Below, in pieces: positions 1-9,504 of a stretch of DNA of 64,000 nucleotides. The notes beneath the pieces are model-generated. The model saw only the letters and a program-made list of their open reading frames with translations, did no database searches and was not told where the DNA came from. Both the position numbers and the translations under genes were made by a program. Position 1 is the first letter of the stretch. Each line of letters opens with the position of its first letter. The DNA comes from a virus: IMG/VR virus record IMGVR_UViG_3300025872_000050, positions 14,348-78,347 of that record. The stretch is one strand, 5' to 3'.

Positions 1-2580
1 GGTCAGCCGTTCATCGAGATCGACGACAAGACGTGGTGGCTCGAAGCCTGGGACGGCCGCACAGCTACGCTGACGGACGAGGGCGGCGAGCAGAAGTGGC
101 TGACCAAGGATCAGATCAGCGCTATCGTGATGCCCAAGTCGGACGCGTCGCGTGACCCGATGCGCAACGCGATCCCGGTCGGCAAGCGCGTCACGATGCG
201 CTTCGAGAAGCGGCGGCTCGACGATCCCGAGATGCGCCGCGGCACGGTCGTCGAGGTACGCCCTGGCGACCAGCGTGACCCGCGCGTCGGCACGGTCGTC
301 GAGTGGGACCACGCTCCCGGCCAACAGCGCGAGTACCGCATGGGCGAGGTCCGCGAGCTTCGCGAGGGTGAGGACGTGCCGAAGTTCGACTCCGACAAGC
401 CGATCCGCGCGAAGTCGTCGGGCAAGACGCTCGCGGACTTCAAGCCCGGCGATATCGTGATGCTGGGCGGTCGCGACCACACGACGCCGCGCGAGCAGAA
501 GCGCATGGCCGAAGGTTGGGCACTGCTGAACGGGCCGCATCAGATCCTGGGCACGGCGCCGAGTGGCGTCCGCGTCAAGCACCTGGAGTCCGGCCACGAG
601 TACACGCGCCTCCCGATCAACTCCGCCACGCTGATGCCGCCGGGGCAGATCGACTCGCTCAAGCTCCCCGGCCGGCGCAACCGCAAGGGCGAGGTCGGCA
701 CGGGCCTCACCGAGTGGGACATCTTCGAGAAGCCCAAGTACGAGAAGCGCAAGGCGGAGGCCAAGAAGCTGCGGCCCAAGGGCGCTACCGAGGTCGTCAT
801 GACGACTCGCGGTCCTCAGCGGGTGCGTCCGCCGTTCGACAGCTCGCGCGAGGTCGCCGCTGTCAGCGCCTGGAAGACCCCGGGTGGGGAGCAGATCAAG
901 GCCAAGCACGTCTCGCGCTTCAAGTACGAGGTCTCGATCGGCAGGGAGGGCGGCTTCCACATCACCGCCCGCAACAAGACCGAGGCGAGAGACCTCTTCA
1001 AGGAGGGCATGGCCCGCGGCGACTGGGGCAACACGTGGAAGGAGCGCTACCTCGGGAAGAGCGTGCTGCCGTTCGACGACGCCAAGGAGCCCGAGCACCC
1101 CGAGATCGCGGCGGTGCGCAAGGCGATCAAGAAGCGCGAGCGCGAGCTTCTCAAGCAGTACGAGGTGGTCGACGAGGACGATAAGGAGCTCAAGCGGCTC
1201 CGCAACAAGCTCCGCCGCATGACCGCTCCCGAGAAGGCCCCGTTCACGGTCTACACCAAGGCGCGCAAGGAGCGGGACCTCGAGAAGGGCAACCAGATCA
1301 TCCGCAACAAGCTCGGTCGCGCCGGCAACCGCCCGCCTCGCCAGGTGCGCATGCCCTGGACGCCTCCCACGATGGAGGACAAGATCGGCTCGGTCTACCT
1401 CCACGAGGAGATCGTGGGTACGCGGTCGAGGTTCTTCGCCCGCATCTCGCTCAAGAACGGCACGACGTACGACGTCGACATCCCCGCGGAGGACCTCTAC
1501 CGTGGCGGCGACTACGTCCGTTCCCGCATGGACGAGCTCAATGCCCGTCGGCAGCGCGTGGGCGAGGCAGCGGTCAGCAACCTCAACCCGCGGTACGCCG
1601 ACGTAGACAGCAAGACGCTCGCGAAGTGGCTCCGCTACTGGACGCGCCAGGGCAACAACCAGGACGAGGTCGCGTCCCTCAACAAGGAGCTCGCGGCTCG
1701 CAAGGCCACCGGAGCTGTGGAAGGCGACTTCGGGCTCAGGCGGCAGCTCGGGAAGATCAACGCGGGACGGCTCGAGGCGGCCCGTGCGGCGCTCAACCCC
1801 GAGTGGAAGGACGTCGACGACCGGACGCTGACCAAGTGGATGCGGTACTGGGCACGCAAGAAGGACCAGAACGCGGTCAAGAAGCACGAGCTTGAGCTCG
1901 AGAGCCGGCGCATCATCCGCAACATGGAGGGCGACGGCGCTCTCGCTGAGGCCCTGAGCGGGCTCGGCGTTCCGGTCGACAGCTCCAAGTACCCGTCCTG
2001 GACGGCTGAGAGCAAGGTCGTCGAGCATCTCAAGACGAGCCCCGGCGGCACCGCGTACGAGGTGCTGAAGGCCGTCGGTCTGGACCCGTACGACCCCAAC
2101 AACAAGTCGATGCTCAAGGACCTCGCAGATCGCGGCGTGCTCAAGACAGGCATCGCCTTCGTCGGTGAGCGGCGGTTCAGGGAGACGACGTACAGCCACA
2201 ACCCCTACTACGAGGACCCGAACACGCCGCCGGCGATCCCGGACGAGTACGCGCTTCGCGAGCCCGAGTACTCGAACGACGGCCTGCGCAAGGCGGCCCG
2301 GTTCCACGGCATCACGCCCGACAACCCGCAGGTCGGCGACGGGAGCGCGCCGGACTACTCCTACGAGACGCTGCAGGACAAGCTGATGAGCGACGGGTTC
2401 CCCGTCCCGCTCAGCAAGGCGAGCGAGGCGCAGCTGCGGCAGTGGGCCGCAGCTCTCATGGAGTCGCTCCAGGACGAGTACGACCGTGGCGACGCGGACT
2501 GGGGTCGCGGCGAGGAGCGTCGCAAGCTCCTGGCGGCGGTGCTCACGGAGCTCAACAAGAGGTTCGTCCCAAAAGCGTAA
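1..2580 (+). CDS. Large polyvalent-type head-module protein (5' truncated by the window); contains a repeated DVDxxTLxKWxRYW helical motif and a winged-helix-like segment
   Basis: Frame +1 is open from base 1 (GQPFIEIDDKTWWLEAWD...) to TAA 2578-2580. Modular charged sequence lying upstream of the scaffold and capsid genes. Confidence 0.7.
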   Translation, partial: GQPFIEIDDKTWWLEAWDGRTATLTDEGGEQKWLTKDQISAIVMPKSDASRDPMRNAIPVGKRVTMRFEKRRLDDPEMRRGTVVEVRPGDQRDPRVGTVVEWDHAPGQQREYRMGEVRELREGEDVPKFDSDKPIRAKSSGKTLADFKPGDIVMLGGRDHTTPREQKRMAEGWALLNGPHQILGTAPSGVRVKHLESGHEYTRLPINSATLMPPGQIDSLKLPGRRNRKGEVGTGLTEWDIFEKPKYEKRKAEAKKLRPKGATEVVMTTRGPQRVRPPFDSSREVAAVSAWKTPGGEQIKAKHVSRFKYEVSIGREGGFHITARNKTEARDLFKEGMARGDWGNTWKERYLGKSVLPFDDAKEPEHPEIAAVRKAIKKRERELLKQYEVVDEDDKELKRLRNKLRRMTAPEKAPFTVYTKARKERDLEKGNQIIRNKLGRAGNRPPRQVRMPWTPPTMEDKIGSVYLHEEIVGTRSRFFARISLKNGTTYDVDIPAEDLYRGGDYVRSRMDELNARRQRVGEAAVSNLNPRYADVDSKTLAKWLRYWTRQGNNQDEVASLNKELAARKATGAVEGDFGLRRQLGKINAGRLEAARAALNPEWKDVDDRTLTKWMRYWARKKDQNAVKKHELELESRRIIRNMEGDGALAEALSGLGVPVDSSKYPSWTAESKVVEHLKTSPGGTAYEVLKAVGLDPYDPNNKSMLKDLADRGVLKTGIAFVGERRFRETTYSHNPYYEDPNTPPAIPDEYALREPEYSNDGLRKAARFHGITPDNPQVGDGSAPDYSYETLQDKLMSDGFPVPLSKASEAQLRQWAAALMESLQDEYDRGDADWGRGEERRKLLAAVLTELNKRFVPKA

Positions 2581-2598
2581 GCCCGGCTGAGATCGGGC
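2568..2598 (+). promoter_or_regulatory. Candidate -1 programmed ribosomal frameshift signal (C CCA AAA, 6-nt spacer, stem-loop)
   Basis: In-frame X XXY YYZ heptamer at 2568-2574, then GCGTAA, then hairpin GCCCGG-ctgaga-TCGGGC at 2581-2598. The -1 frame is open to 4220. Confidence 0.7.
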
Positions 2599-4220
2599 CC
2601 ATCGACCAAGCGAGGCCGCCTGACGTCCCGTGGGTTCACGGGGAGCGTGACGTGGCCCCGCTAGAGCCGATCGACAACGCTCTCAGGAGAGCTTCCATCT
2701 GGGTCGACGGGCTGAGCCGCTTCATGGCTCTCGACATCTACGTCGACCTGCGCGAGGAGAAGGGCTACTCCCCGGACGAGGGGATCCGCGAAGAGGACAA
2801 GCCGATCCTGCTGGCGCGGTACCGCGTCTGGCTTCTGCAGAACGGCGTCACCGCTGAGGGCATCAGGGCCCTGGATCGCAGCGAGATCACGTTCGACGAG
2901 GCCAAGATCGACCGGACCTACATGAACGTGATGCAGCTTCCCGACGACCCGCGCCTCTCGCCCAAGGCCACCGCACGAAGGCAGGGCAAGGCGTTCCGCG
3001 GGACGGCGAGCAAGGGCCGGTTCACCGCTCGCTCGGTGACGAAGCCGCATCAGCACCACCTGTTGACGGTCAAGACGCCTCAGTTCGACAAGTCCACGAT
3101 GCCGCAGTTCGATGAGGCGAAGGTTGGCTTGGACCCCAAGCCGATGGACGAGGGCCTCATCCCAGCGCACATCAAGGACGACGTCTACTTCAACGTCGCG
3201 ACCATGGTCGAGCACGCAGAGGTTGACCAGCCTACGTTGGTGCGGTGGGTCGCGTACTGGAGAAAAGAGGCGCGCAAGGCCGAACGTGCGCTCAGCGCAG
3301 ATCCGCGAAACCTCCAGCACGCGGACGACTACGACTACGCGATGTCCGCAGTCAAGTCCCTACTTGCACTGATGTACGCGAAGGGGTACAATGTCACATA
3401 TGAGCTTGATCCTGACAACGTGTTCCTCGCTCCCCTCGTCAAGCTCCAGCGCCAGGCTGAGAAGGCCATCGACAACGGCGACATCGGGCAGTTCAACCAG
3501 TACCTCGACGAGCTCGATCGCCGAGCTCAGGAAGACCCAGTCTTCATGAACGTGGTCTCGACCACCCTCGGCACGCTCAACGACGAGTGGCGCAGCTGGG
3601 CGGACGACATCAGGTGGGGCTACGTGCATCAGACCGACGTGCTCGGCAACGCCGCTCCGACGCTGAACAGGATCGGCCTCAGCCCCGGTGAGAGCGGGAT
3701 GCACGCGACCGCGATCCACGAGCTCGGCCACATGCTCGACTACAGGCTCGGCTCCCTCCTCTTGGAGGAGAGGCTGGGTCAGATCAGGCTGATCACGCGA
3801 GAGGCGCTCTCAGAGGTCCCGCTGGACGTCTTGAACCACTACCACACGCGGCTCGGGCGTGCGATGCGAGACTGGAAGGAGATCGCCAACTTCAAGCGCT
3901 TCACGATCAAGCACCTCGAGCCGGCCATCGGCAAGAAGGACGCCGAGTACCTCATGCGCTGGCGCGAGATCTGGGCCCGAGCCATGGAGATGTACGCGGC
4001 TCAGACCCTCGGCGGCCAGTGGAAGCGAGACCTCGACAACAAGCGCGCACGCTACGGCGAGGTCGGCTTCGAAGCGATCTACTGGAACCCCGAGGGCGAC
4101 GAGTGGAAGGACCTGTTCGAGGCCATCCAAGAAGTGCTCGACGCCGCCGGCATCGAGCTGACGGCCGTTCAGGTCGGTGAGTTCAGCATCCCAGTCCTGC
4201 GCATCAGGAGGAGGTCGTGA
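2574..4220 (+). CDS. Zincin metallopeptidase / LPD1-like domain protein, probably a -1 frameshift extension of the upstream ORF (alternative independent GTG start at 2652)
   Basis: HExxH motif (IHELGHMLD) plus downstream EIWARAMEMY, typical of LPD1/MPTase domains of phage polyvalent proteins. Shares the TLxxWxxYW motif with the upstream ORF. Confidence 0.65.
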   Translation, partial: SVSPAEIGPIDQARPPDVPWVHGERDVAPLEPIDNALRRASIWVDGLSRFMALDIYVDLREEKGYSPDEGIREEDKPILLARYRVWLLQNGVTAEGIRALDRSEITFDEAKIDRTYMNVMQLPDDPRLSPKATARRQGKAFRGTASKGRFTARSVTKPHQHHLLTVKTPQFDKSTMPQFDEAKVGLDPKPMDEGLIPAHIKDDVYFNVATMVEHAEVDQPTLVRWVAYWRKEARKAERALSADPRNLQHADDYDYAMSAVKSLLALMYAKGYNVTYELDPDNVFLAPLVKLQRQAEKAIDNGDIGQFNQYLDELDRRAQEDPVFMNVVSTTLGTLNDEWRSWADDIRWGYVHQTDVLGNAAPTLNRIGLSPGESGMHATAIHELGHMLDYRLGSLLLEERLGQIRLITREALSEVPLDVLNHYHTRLGRAMRDWKEIANFKRFTIKHLEPAIGKKDAEYLMRWREIWARAMEMYAAQTLGGQWKRDLDNKRARYGEVGFEAIYWNPEGDEWKDLFEAIQEVLDAAGIELTAVQVGEFSIPVLRIRRRS

Positions 4221-4873
4221 GTGGAACTTCGTTTGCCTCCAGAGTCTTCGGTCGAAGACGTGATCGACGAACAGGGGAACCCGATGCCGGTGCCGCAGGA
4301 CGACTGGCCGCTGCCGACGGGCCCCTACAAGCCTTCGCCCAAGACGGGCGAGGATCCCGACCCGACGAACCCACGGAAGGAGGTGTAACCATGCCGGAGG
4401 ACATCATGGAGCTGTCGCAGGAGGACCTCGAGCGGATCATCGACGAGCGGGCCGACGCCCGCCTCGCCGAGCTCGAGGCGTCCCGCCGCGACGAGCTCGA
4501 GGAGGCGCAGATGGAGCTCGCGCGCACGCGGAACGAGGTGCGTGAGATGCGGGTCCAGGCTCGCCGGACCGAGCTCGAGCTGTCGGGCTATCCGCCCGCA
4601 GTCGTCGCGACCGCGTGCGAGCTGCTGCTCGCATCGGACGACGAGGCGGTCCTCTCGCTCTCGATCGAGGGCGAGCAGCGCTACCTCACGGTGCAGGACG
4701 TGGTCGAGCGCATGCTCGCCGCGATCCCCGCCGACTCGCTCCTGCTCTCCCAGCCCCGCGTCAAGCAGGGCGACGAGAAGCCGGAGGAGGAGAACGAGGT
4801 CGATCCCGCCGCGGCAGCCGAGAAGCTGCTGTCGGATCTCGGACGCGGTTCCGAGACCACCCCACTCATCTAG
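4217..4873 (+). CDS. Capsid scaffolding protein (two SD-supported starts, GTG 4217 and ATG 4391)
   Basis: Acidic coiled-coil protein directly upstream of the decoration and capsid genes. AGGAGG lies before both starts. Confidence 0.65.
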   Translation: MSGTSFASRVFGRRRDRRTGEPDAGAAGRLAAADGPLQAFAQDGRGSRPDEPTEGGVTMPEDIMELSQEDLERIIDERADARLAELEASRRDELEEAQMELARTRNEVREMRVQARRTELELSGYPPAVVATACELLLASDDEAVLSLSIEGEQRYLTVQDVVERMLAAIPADSLLLSQPRVKQGDEKPEEENEVDPAAAAEKLLSDLGRGSETTPLI

Positions 4874-4891
4874 GAAGGGAGGTGACATAAC

Positions 4892-5395
4892 ATGGCAGGA
4901 GTTGTGAAGAAGACCGAGTTCATCTACGCCGACGAGATCCTCAAGGGTCCCAGCGGCCTCGATGACGTCCGCTCGTACGTGCTCGACGCGAGCCTCTGCA
5001 ACACGTCGATCTCCGGCGTGGCGGGCCGGTACTTCATCCCCGCCGGCAGCGTGCTCGTGAAGAGCGACTCGTGGACGGCGGACAAGAAGGTGGCTCCGCT
5101 GTACATGAACGACGGCACGGCCGGCATGGGCGCCCTTCTGGGGTCCGGCGGCGGTGGCGCGTACGTGGCCGGCGACATCATCGGCATCCTGGGTCGCGAC
5201 GTCGAGCTCATCGTCGACGACAGCGGTACGACCCCGGGCGCCGTGTCCGATCAGGACGTCCCCGTGATCTGGTTCAACGCGCACTTCGACATCTCGGCCC
5301 TCTGGGGCTACAACGATGCCGTCGACGCGGGGACCCACGGCGACGACAACTCGACCATCGTCAAGGCGGCTCTGCCGCACTGCGTCTTCAGCTAG
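4892..5395 (+). CDS. Head decoration / capsid cement protein
   Basis: IPAGSVL and GILGRDV motifs; position between scaffold and major capsid; strong SD. Confidence 0.65.
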   Translation: MAGVVKKTEFIYADEILKGPSGLDDVRSYVLDASLCNTSISGVAGRYFIPAGSVLVKSDSWTADKKVAPLYMNDGTAGMGALLGSGGGGAYVAGDIIGILGRDVELIVDDSGTTPGAVSDQDVPVIWFNAHFDISALWGYNDAVDAGTHGDDNSTIVKAALPHCVFS

Positions 5396-5412
5396 AAAGG
5401 AGGTGACATCAC

Positions 5413-6501
5413 ATGGCACTGGGTGACTTCTGGGACCAGCAGGTCCTGACGTTCACGGTCCGCCGCAACATCGAGATGGAGGCCAACTCCTCCCCTGGCG
5501 CGGCGGCACCGGCGTATGTCGGCCAGGGCGCGGAGAACCGGGCGTACTACGGAGCGAACATCGCTCCGCTCGTCACGGTCCAGTCGCGTTCCTCCCGCAT
5601 CCGCATCACCGACGTCCTCCCGCATGGCATGGGCCAGTTCAAGGCACGGAGCGCGACTCCGCCGCTGATGAAGACCAAGCCCAAGTCGCGCGAGGAGGCC
5701 ATCGAGCTCGTCCTGCTCGAGGAGATGGAGCGCTTCGACTCCGAGGAGTGGCTCTCCCTCAACTCGGGTGACGAGCGGATCGCCCGCGGCGCGATGCTCT
5801 CGCTCGTGGACCGCCTGACCATCATGGCCAAGCGGAACGCCACGCTGACGGAGTGGATGCGCTGGGAGGCGTTCAAGGGCGGGTTCACCGTCACGTTCCC
5901 CGACGGGTCCGAGGAGACGTTCGACTACGACTTCGACGTCTCGCACACCCCGACGGCGGGCACGGCGTGGACCGACCACGTCAACTCCGACCCGGTCGAG
6001 GACCTCTTCACGTGGTCCATCGTCGGCGCGGACGACGCGGGCGAGTACCTCAAGAACGTCCACCTCAACAGCAACACGTTCCGGCACGTCCAGCTGAACG
6101 AGAAGATCGCCGGCTACCTGAGCTCGTACGGGCGCAGCATCATGCGTCCGACGGTCGCCGACATCAACTCGCTCATGCGGGCGGGCTCGAACTGGGAGGT
6201 CCTCGACGCAGGCTACCTGCCCGAGGGCGCGACCAACCGCCAGCTCACGAAGTGGCTGCCGGACAACCGCGTGCTCTTCACGACGGGCTACACGCTCTTC
6301 GGCCAGAGGATCGCGGACGTCGCGGACGGTCAGGTCCTCGTGGGCGGCGACTCCACGTCGCCTCCGTCGATCCAGCAGGGTGCGCAGTCGGAGATCATCA
6401 CGAACCCGTTCACGAAGAACGTGTTCCGGCGCTACGCCACGGCTCGCGTCCCCCGGCTGTACTTCCCGGAGGCCTTCCTCTACGCCACAGTCGGCGCCTA
6501 G
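5413..6501 (+). CDS. Major capsid protein (HK97 fold, lambda gpE-like)
   Basis: 362 aa with the E-family pattern (TEWMRWEAF..G, AWTD..SDP.ED, C-terminal VPRLYFPEAFLYATV); synteny. Confidence 0.85.
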   Translation: MALGDFWDQQVLTFTVRRNIEMEANSSPGAAAPAYVGQGAENRAYYGANIAPLVTVQSRSSRIRITDVLPHGMGQFKARSATPPLMKTKPKSREEAIELVLLEEMERFDSEEWLSLNSGDERIARGAMLSLVDRLTIMAKRNATLTEWMRWEAFKGGFTVTFPDGSEETFDYDFDVSHTPTAGTAWTDHVNSDPVEDLFTWSIVGADDAGEYLKNVHLNSNTFRHVQLNEKIAGYLSSYGRSIMRPTVADINSLMRAGSNWEVLDAGYLPEGATNRQLTKWLPDNRVLFTTGYTLFGQRIADVADGQVLVGGDSTSPPSIQQGAQSEIITNPFTKNVFRRYATARVPRLYFPEAFLYATVGA

Positions 6502-6514
6502 GAGGTGATCTAGC

Positions 6515-6973
6515 TTGGCCGAAGAGAAGTTCGTCAAGCCGATCAGAGCGACGGCTGTGCATCTGGCAAGCGGCGGAAGCGTCGCCCTCATGCCAGGTCA
6601 GCCGATCGCCCTGTCGGAGCTCGCTCCACACGTCGTGGAGGCTCTGGAGAGCGGCGACCCGTTCACCAGCGCGATCTTCGAGGACTCCAGCGAGGACGAG
6701 TTCAAGGCGTACGAGGCCGGTCTTCCGGTCCCGCCGCCGAAGGACTTCGTCCGCAATCTCGGTTCGATGACCCTGCCGCAGGCCAACGAGGCCGGCGAGC
6801 AGGTCGGATCGCCCGAGACGCAGGAGGGTTCCGAGGAGCTCCCGGCTCCGGCGCCCCGAGGCCGCGGGCGCAAGAAGCCACAGCAGGAGGAAGAGCAGCA
6901 GCCCGACGCACAGCCCGAGCCCGAAGCCGGTCAGGCCGAGGAGCCCGAGGCTGCACCTGAGGGAGAGGGCTGA
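6515..6973 (+). CDS. Hypothetical virion-module protein with an acidic low-complexity C-terminus
   Basis: TTG start after GGAGGTG; follows the major capsid gene. Confidence 0.6.
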   Translation: MAEEKFVKPIRATAVHLASGGSVALMPGQPIALSELAPHVVEALESGDPFTSAIFEDSSEDEFKAYEAGLPVPPPKDFVRNLGSMTLPQANEAGEQVGSPETQEGSEELPAPAPRGRGRKKPQQEEEQQPDAQPEPEAGQAEEPEAAPEGEG

Positions 6974-6978
6974 TCTAG

Positions 6979-7518
6979 ATGTCCTCCACGATCCGCGAAC
7001 ACGTGCGCGTCAACATGCCGGAGACGTACAACGTCTTGACGGCCGAGGCCAGCGCGACCATGGACGGTCAGGAGCGTCCCGACGTTGTCGGGATCGCGAT
7101 CAGCTCCGCCATGTCGTACTTCTTCCCCTCCGGGGACAAGAAGGAGACGGACCTCACGCCGTTCCAGGCTCAGTACGTCGGGGCATACGCGACGCGCTTG
7201 GTCATCCCAGCAGGCATCGACTACTACATGGTGAGGACGGGCACCTCTGACGCCTTCAACCGCGGAGCTGGGGTCACACCCCTCGGCGGTGAACAGCGCC
7301 AGAACTACAACCGCGTCCAAGCTCTGAAGGACCTCGACGCCATGCTCGAGAAGCGGCTCGCCACGATGGAGGCCGCGTTCAACGAGACGCTGGCGACGAG
7401 CGGATCGACCACGGCAGGCATGATGATCGATTCGACTCCGGACAAGCTGCTGACGCTCGATCCGTACAAGGCGATGCCGAGGCCGGACAACGCGCCTCCG
7501 GCGGAGCATTGGACATGA
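6979..7518 (+). CDS. Putative head-tail adaptor
   Basis: Size, helical character and position after the capsid gene. Confidence 0.5.
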   Translation: MSSTIREHVRVNMPETYNVLTAEASATMDGQERPDVVGIAISSAMSYFFPSGDKKETDLTPFQAQYVGAYATRLVIPAGIDYYMVRTGTSDAFNRGAGVTPLGGEQRQNYNRVQALKDLDAMLEKRLATMEAAFNETLATSGSTTAGMMIDSTPDKLLTLDPYKAMPRPDNAPPAEHWT

Positions 7519-8084
7519 TCGACGTCCAGCTCGAGGAGATCGAACGCGCCCTTCTGCTGCAGGTCAAGAACGGCCTGCCGCAGGCGTTGCTCGACATCGA
7601 GTCAGAGTACACCTCTCTCGATGCGGCGTTCTTTGCGGAGCTAGGGGTCTCGCCCGTCCCGCTCACGCCGCTCCCACCGCCCGCGCTGTACCTCAACGGG
7701 CACCATCCGTACATCCTGGAGAGGCCGTTGACCGACTTCCCCAACGTCGTGGTCAACTGCACCTCGCATCCCTCCGGCGACGCCGGCGGGTTTGACCAGA
7801 CGGAGGAGATCGGTTCGTCCGCATACGTGGAAGTGTTCTGCGTGCACGAGGACCCTTCCACCGTCAACAGGATGATCAAGCGGTACGCCAAGGCGCTTCA
7901 TCGCGTCGTGTCGGCCGACTTGACTCTGGGAGGAGCGGCGACGCTCACCCCGGAGCTATCGCCGGAGGTGCTCTTGTCCAACCAACAGGCTGGACGAGTC
8001 GACAACCTGCACGACGAAGTCGTGTACTTCCAGGGCACCAAGCTGGAGTACACCTTCGTCTCAACGACAGGGACATGGTGGTAG
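7515..8084 (+). CDS. Putative tail terminator / head-tail joining protein
   Basis: ATGA overlap with the upstream gene; FPNVVV...DLTLGG pattern; upstream of the major tail gene. Confidence 0.5.
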   Translation: MIDVQLEEIERALLLQVKNGLPQALLDIESEYTSLDAAFFAELGVSPVPLTPLPPPALYLNGHHPYILERPLTDFPNVVVNCTSHPSGDAGGFDQTEEIGSSAYVEVFCVHEDPSTVNRMIKRYAKALHRVVSADLTLGGAATLTPELSPEVLLSNQQAGRVDNLHDEVVYFQGTKLEYTFVSTTGTWW

Positions 8085-8092
8085 GAGGAAAC

Positions 8093-8338
8093 GTGGCAAA
8101 GAAGAAGTCGTACGTGTTCGTCGGTTGCGCCGACCCGCGCAACAAGACGGCACGCATCAAGGGCAGCTTCGGAGAAGTCGCCCTAGGCGAGACGATCGAG
8201 CTCGAGGACGCAGACATCGAGATGCTGCGCACCAAGGGCTTCGTCTTCAACGAAGACGGTCTGGAGGAGCCGGCCCCGGCCGACGATCCCGAGCCCGTCG
8301 TCGACAACGACGACCCCTCTGGAGAGGAGGTGAACTAG
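8093..8338 (+). CDS. Small hypothetical virion-module protein
   Basis: GTG after TAGGAGG; typical codon usage. Confidence 0.6.
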   Translation: MAKKKSYVFVGCADPRNKTARIKGSFGEVALGETIELEDADIEMLRTKGFVFNEDGLEEPAPADDPEPVVDNDDPSGEEVN

Positions 8339-8342
8339 CAGC

Positions 8343-8951
8343 ATGGGATTCCACAGAGTCGACACGAGCAACGTCAGGCGCGGCGCAGGCCGCATCATGT
8401 ACGCGGCCATCGGCACGACCAAGCCGGCCGACATCGCCGACGTCATCAACGTGACGTCGTACGACGCGGTGTCTCCGTGGGAGGATCTCGGGGCGACCCG
8501 CGAGGGCATCCAGATCACCATCAACAACACGGAGTCCGGGTTCGACGTGGACCAGGTCGCAGGCCTGATCGACGTGGCTCCGGAGGAGTGGGAGGTCTTC
8601 GTGACCACCCGCCTCGCGGAGATCACGCTCGAGAACATGGTCCTCGCATGGGAAGGCGCGGCGATCACGACCGACACCGCGCCGACACCCGACGAGCGCG
8701 AGACCGGCTTCGTCGGAGCGACGACGTACACCGAGCGCCGCATGGCGGTGCTCTTCAGGGAGCCGAAGGCGGGCGGGATCACCGCTCACTTCTTCCACCG
8801 CGCAGTCCGAGCCCCACAGGAGTCGGGACTCGACTACCGGCGGGGAGGCGACCCGATGACGATCCAGGTGCGGTTCCGCATCCTGGCGGACGACACGGAG
8901 ACCGATCCCGCGTTCGCGTTCTTCCGCGTCCGCGAGCAGATCATCCCGTAA
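8343..8951 (+). CDS. Major tail (tube) protein
   Basis: NVRRGAGRIMYA...WEDLGATREG motif typical of siphoviral tail tube proteins; synteny. Confidence 0.8.
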   Translation: MGFHRVDTSNVRRGAGRIMYAAIGTTKPADIADVINVTSYDAVSPWEDLGATREGIQITINNTESGFDVDQVAGLIDVAPEEWEVFVTTRLAEITLENMVLAWEGAAITTDTAPTPDERETGFVGATTYTERRMAVLFREPKAGGITAHFFHRAVRAPQESGLDYRRGGDPMTIQVRFRILADDTETDPAFAFFRVREQIIP

Positions 8952-8973
8952 CCCCAGAACAAGGAGCAGAACA

Positions 8974-9504
8974 GTGGCTAACCGAAGGGCAGCCGCTCGC
9001 CAATCAGCGGCGAGGACGTGGAACATCGGCGGCGTCGACTTCATCCAGGACGAGCTCACGTTCTTCGAGAAGAACGACGTCTTCGCGCTCATCCTGGACG
9101 CGCTTCAGGAGTCGATCTCCTCCGGCAAGACGGATCTCAGCAAGGTCGCCGAGGCGTTCGAGTTCATCGAGTCTCAGGACGGCCGCAACGCGCTCATGAG
9201 CCTCAGGCAGGGCGAGCGCGATCCCAAGGCGGTCGAGGCCGCCATGGGCATGGGGCAGTTCCTGCTGCAGCTCGTCAGCACCGCCCCCGGCATCCTCAAG
9301 GAGCTGTACCTCATCGTGCTGAGCGTCCCCGAGCACGATCGGGCGCAGGTCTCGCGCATGCTCGACACGATCGACGACGACACCGGGTTCGGCATCATGG
9401 AGCTCTTCGTCGAGCAGAACGCGGAGACGCTGCGGGATTTCGGGAAGCGCTGGTGGGAGACCGCCAAGTCGATGGTGACAACGAGCCAGGCGCCCGTGTC
9501 CTGA
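8974..9504 (+). CDS. Tail assembly chaperone (gpG-like)
   Basis: Lies between the major tail and tape measure genes, with an overlapping -1 frame ORF downstream. Confidence 0.7.
   Translation: MANRRAAARQSAARTWNIGGVDFIQDELTFFEKNDVFALILDALQESISSGKTDLSKVAEAFEFIESQDGRNALMSLRQGERDPKAVEAAMGMGQFLLQLVSTAPGILKELYLIVLSVPEHDRAQVSRMLDTIDDDTGFGIMELFVEQNAETLRDFGKRWWETAKSMVTTSQAPVS

Noticed and set aside
4178-4220. Second frameshift joining the zincin ORF to the scaffold
   Set aside because: No slippery heptamer in the short overlap, and a strong SD before GTG 4217 explains it as translational coupling.
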